NCBI RefSeq assembly: GCF_009914755.1
Contig: NC_060932.1
From: the human T2T-CHM13v2.0 reference genome, Homo sapiens
Length of the DNA stretch: 64,000 nt
Reading direction: 5' to 3' (one strand)
The notes under the pieces were generated by a model. The model ran no database searches. It saw only the letters and a program-made list of their open reading frames with translations, and was not told where the DNA came from. Below are positions 62,758-64,000 of this stretch, in pieces. The first letter of the stretch is position 1, and each line of letters opens with the position of its first letter. The position numbers and the translations under genes are program-made.

Positions 62758-64000
62758 GCAGATTCCAGGTCTTACCCACTGTCCCACTTTTCTCCTTCTT
62801 CCTTTCTGAGCAGCCTGTACCCGCTGTTCAGTAATTACAAGGCTTTAAATTAAGCATTTCGTGTGTGCCAGCACTGTGGGGCATTTCACGTGGAAAATCT
62901 CGTCCGCTCTAAGGACCTCAGGATGGGGGCCACCTGCCATTCTCATTTTGGAGGGAGGAGATAGAGGGCCTGGCAGTTGCAGCATTTGCCTGAGGCATTG
63001 CTTGCAAACATCAGAGTTCTGATTAGAAGCCAGTCTCCCCAGCCCCTTTGATCTCCCCACCACTCCCTGCCCTCCTGCTGAGGCCCAGGCACACTGCCCT
63101 GCCCACCTGCCCACCCAGAGGAGAGGCACTCACTGGTCCAGGTGGTCAGGCAGTAACGAGTGGTGTTTTGGCAGGATGTGGGCTGGAAACAATTCCCTCA
63201 ATTCCCTGTCACAGAGCACTCATGGCATCTCAGTGCCTGGGCTGGGAGAGGCACAGCTGGTGGTCGGAGACCAAGCCCTGGTCCCTGCCCAGCCTCCCAC
63301 ATCACAACCTCAGGCATAGACTCTGCTTTTGGGAAAGCACCAGCTTACCAAGCCCTGCACCCTGTCCTCCACCCGCCCACCCGTGTGGACACTGGGCCCC
63401 GGAAGTGCTCCGTGGTGCACACTTAGGCTCAGATAAAGAAGTTGTCTCTGCTTTCTCCAGAGACGACCAGAAATCACCTGGGTTAGGAACCAAAGCTCTG
63501 AGCAGCCAGAGATCCAGGCTACCAGGCAACCCCCAGCACCCCTGGTACCCCTCAAAGCCCACCAGGCCAATGGGGGCAACTCTCTGCAGGACTGAGCAAA
63601 AGCAACAGCAGATCCAACGGTGCCTCTGGGTGAGTCAGGAAGACAAAGTGGGCAAGCAGCCCAGGGACTGGGAATGGGGTGGAGGGCCCAGGCTGTGGCC
63701 CTGCGCTGGCTCAGGCTCAGGCTCAGGCTGTACCTCCTGTGGGGCCTCTGGCAAGTCCTGCCCTCTGTGCCCCAGCTTCCCCTCTGAGCAGCACGGGTGC
63801 CTGACTGCAGAGGCTGGTCCAGCTAGGCCAACCCAGGCTGTCAGGGTGGCCGCCAGCATCCCCAGGGACCCAGGGGGGACCCAGAGCAAGAGTGCGCATC
63901 GGCTCACCTGAACACACCAGCCTCAGAGACAGCAGCCAAGACAGGTGGATCCTCGTGGCTAGGGCGGGGCAGATAGGCAGGTGGTGGCCCCATCCAGAGC

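Noticed and set aside
63048-63911. 287-aa ORF and the many other 60-250 aa ORFs between 38 and 64 kb
   Set aside because: Expected in GC-rich DNA with few stop codons; they overlap in multiple frames and show no domains.

Overview
Human (primate) genomic DNA, recognisably the CYP11B1-CYP11B2 region of 8q24.3. The only protein-coding gene I can support is CYP11B2 (aldosterone synthase), on the minus strand. It has 9 exons with GT-AG junctions throughout and a 1512-nt CDS (503 aa + TAG), from ATG at 35169 to stop at 29321. Its promoter elements (GATAAAA, CRE/Ad1, Ad5, Ad4 at -344, NBRE-1) and poly(A) signal are identifiable. The haplotype reads -344T and K173, and probably carries the intron-2 gene-conversion allele. 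Bases 1-27.8 kb are almost entirely nested retroelements (L1, Alu, MaLR, ERVL, ERV1 LTRs) plus a very homogeneous 60-bp VNTR. Bases 36-64 kb are GC-rich intergenic DNA with Alus, old L1s, a Ricksha-type MULE DNA transposon carrying ERVL cargo, and several minisatellites. Almost all other ORFs in the track are repeat-derived or spurious. I found no convincing new gene system. The most unusual signal is a cluster of short, locally templated insertions and foldbacks (2.4, 4.9, 11.5 and 21.2 kb) that look like fossil template-switch repair scars. Repeat subfamily names are from recognition only and need RepeatMasker/Dfam confirmation.
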